DNA of 64,000 nt from Dicyema japonicum (Eukaryota > Animalia > Dicyemida): assembly GCA_011109175.1 (NCBI GenBank), contig RDEW01000081.1, positions 7,152 through 71,151 on the forward strand, written 5' to 3'. A model generated the notes under the pieces. That model worked only from the letters and a program-made list of their open reading frames with translations, searched no databases and was not told where the DNA came from. The position numbers were made by a program, and so were the translations under genes. Shown piece by piece: positions 61,338-64,000 of this stretch (position 1 is the first letter of the stretch; the number at the start of each line of letters is the position of its first letter).

Positions 61338-62215
61338 NNNNNNNNNNNNNNNNNNNNNNNNNNNNNNNNNNNNNNNNNNNNNNNNNNNNNNNNNNNNNNN
61401 NNNNNNNNNNNNNNNNNNNNNNNNNNNNNNNNNNNNNNNNNNNNNNNNNNNNNNNNNNNNNNNNNNNNNNNNNNNNNNNNNNNNNNNNNNNNNNNNNNNN
61501 NNNNNNNNNNNNNNNNNNNNNNNNNNNNNNNNNNNNNNNNNNNNNNNNNNNNNNNNNNNNNNNNNNNNNNNNNNNNNNNNNNNNNNNNNNNNNNNNNNNN
61601 NNNNNNNNNNNNNNNNNNNNNNNNNNNNNNNNNNNNNNNNNNNNNNNNNNNNNNNNNNNNNNNNNNNNNNNNNNNNNNNNNNNNNNNNNNNNNNNNNNNN
61701 NNNNNNNNNNNNNNNNNNNNNNNNNNNNNNNNNNNNNNNNNNNNNNNNNNNNNNNNNNNNNNNNNNNNNNNNNNNNNNNNNNNNNNNNNNNNNNNNNNNN
61801 NNNNNNNNNNNNNNNNNNNNNNNNNNNNNNNNNNNNNNNNNNNNNNNNNNNNNNNNNNNNNNNNNNNNNNNNNNNNNNNNNNNNNNNNNNNNNNNNNNNN
61901 NNNNNNNNNNNNNNNNNNNNNNNNNNNNNNNNNNNNNNNNNNNNNNNNNNNNNNNNNNNNNNNNNNNNNNNNNNNNNNNNNNNNNNNNNNNNNNNNNNNN
62001 NNNNNNNNNNNNNNNNNNNNNNNNNNNNNNNNNNNNNNNNNNNNNNNNNNNNNNNNNNNNNNNNNNNNNNNNNNNNNNNNNNNNNNNNNNNNNNNNNNNN
62101 NNNNNNNNNNNNNNNNNNNNNNNNNNNNNNNNNNNNNNNNNNNNNNNNNNNNNNNNNNNNNNNNNNNNNNNNNNNNNNNNNNNNNNNNNNNNNNNNNNNN
62201 NNNNNNNNNNNNNNN
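61338..62215. other. Assembly gap (N run)
   Basis: Run of N. Confidence 1.
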
Positions 62216-64000
62216 TGAGCAATCACAGCACATCTCACAAGGCACACAAACACACTTACAACACTAGATACTAAGCTTACAAATCGTATGACTAATTTTA
62301 TGACAAAACGTACAAACTGAGATAAATAACATAAAATTTACGGACATATATGCAAGCTATATTTTTTCGCGGGACCAGGTACCATATCGTCTACGGACCG
62401 CACCGATCGAGGACTGCTGGTTGAGATCATTACATTAAGCCACCTGGTTCAATTGACAATTAGATACCTTTTCAAAAACCTAACTAAAAATACATTTTTC
62501 AAATCATTATTTATTTAATTTAAATTTTAAATTAAATTATTAAATTGTGCAAAATATTATATAATTTTACTCAATTTATTCGCATAATAATTGAATATCA
62601 CTAATATATAAACTATCTCAAATACAGAATTCACCATAAGTAGTGCAATATTCAATAATTTCATTCTAAACATAAAAGTCAAACAAATGTCAAAATGATG
62701 TTTTCTTAAACGTCACACTGTAATTTGCAAGAAGACAACAAGAGAAAATACTAAGTCTTTGTTATGGTCAAAAATATTCAACTTGAATAAATATTCAAAA
62801 ATATGACATCTCATTGTTGACAGGATAAGTCAATAATATAATTTGGAGTCTTTAGTGTTTTCTGTTCTGCGTTTAGTGAAAACTTTAGTCAATGGAATTA
62901 AAGAATAATTTCCTTTCTGGAGGTTATTAGAACTTGAAGCTTGAACGAGTTAAAGTAGTTCTCTATTTTTGTACAAATTCACCGATTATAGAAAATGAAT
63001 ATTTGTTTAATTTCAAAGCCACTCTCTCAAAGTATCAGAGCGAACGTCACTTTTGCATCTCCAATTTACATGATCCCACCTTAACAGGTGAAACACGTGG
63101 TTCTGCGCTGATTTTTCTTGGATAGAGTAGAACTGGGGTCATCCATGAAATAACATAGTTAAAAATATATTATATCAAATTTGAAATTGTGCCTTGCATT
63201 AACCATACCTGCGAGTCTCTAGTATTTCAAGCACGTGTTAATATGTCTGAATGATCTCTCCAATATCAAGATATTCCATTGAGTTAATATAACGGAACAG
63301 CTTTCATTTGACCGTACAATCTTGTGTTAAAAATACAACAGACAAGACGATGTAATATTGTAGATATTGTCTCCAAATTTTCATTGTTGTTCTTTGGTTG
63401 ATCAGTTACAGTATATCGGATATAATCAGTAAATCAAACAAACAAGGACTTAAAAATGACGAACAAGATGATTTTGAAATTTTGGATTCGCTTTGATTAA
63501 AGTTAGAAAATACAAGCGAATAGCCCTAACTAAAGTCCATTTAAATTAAACTCGAAATTTAATTATAACTTCTTAGCAGCGAACATTGGATTCAATAATT
63601 TTCACTGTTCAGCCAAAATGAAAGTTGATTTTTTCCTGTTTCAATTCACATGAAGTTGTTATTTGAATATTTAATCGGCTAACATCAATTTAAATTTTTT
63701 ACAGAATAAGCTATTGAATTCTTTAAAAATTAAAGTCTTAAATATAAAACCCCTCATGTTTTACCTCAAAGCAGACTTGGTTAATTTGGTATTTCATCTT
63801 CCTCAGTTTTTTTAATTTTGCGAAAGCGAGAATCGGACTTCTAAATTTGTGAATCAATCCATTTTCAACTACAGTTTTCCAATGAGCGATAAGTTATATC
63901 TACTTTAAGGAGAATAAGATTTCAATTGATCCCAAGTAAATCCTAGATCCACCGGGTTAAATTATCACAAAACCTTCTGACTTATTTTCACTATGTTAAC

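Overview
This is AT-rich eukaryotic (probably parasitic metazoan) genomic DNA from a scaffold with three N-gaps and five single-N joins. It is not prokaryotic: no operons, CRISPR arrays, rRNA or complete tRNA genes were found. Host genes have ultra-short spliceosomal introns of 20-26 nt, as reported for myxozoans and dicyemids; the species cannot be determined from this window. Recognisable host genes: a LAMP-like type-I membrane protein gene (5304-6475), an RtcB RNA ligase pseudogene, two disabled copies of an alpha-actinin-like gene lacking EF-hands, and PRC1/Ase1 with one frameshift. Most of the remainder is decayed mobile DNA: I/Jockey-group LINEs, RTE LINEs, CRE-like RLE retrotransposons, Tc1-like fragments, a hAT/Buster deletion derivative with an 8-bp TSD, and a MITE candidate. 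Large-scale structure consists of a palindrome (6545-12718 vs 13580-17760) and a ~10-kb direct duplication (about 25.9-36.1 kb vs 50.9-61.3 kb); either could partly reflect haplotype assembly. The most notable observations are (1) a 35-nt U2 snRNA 5' fragment, cut inside the branch-point recognition sequence, fused to the 3' tail of a LINE; (2) a CRE-like element with a poly(A) tail and an apparent ~100-bp target-site duplication, whose empty site is visible in the paralogous segment; and (3) candidate non-canonical GC-AG, GA-AG and GAG-acceptor micro-introns. Coordinates of decayed elements are approximate, and all homology calls come from motif recognition by eye, not database searches.
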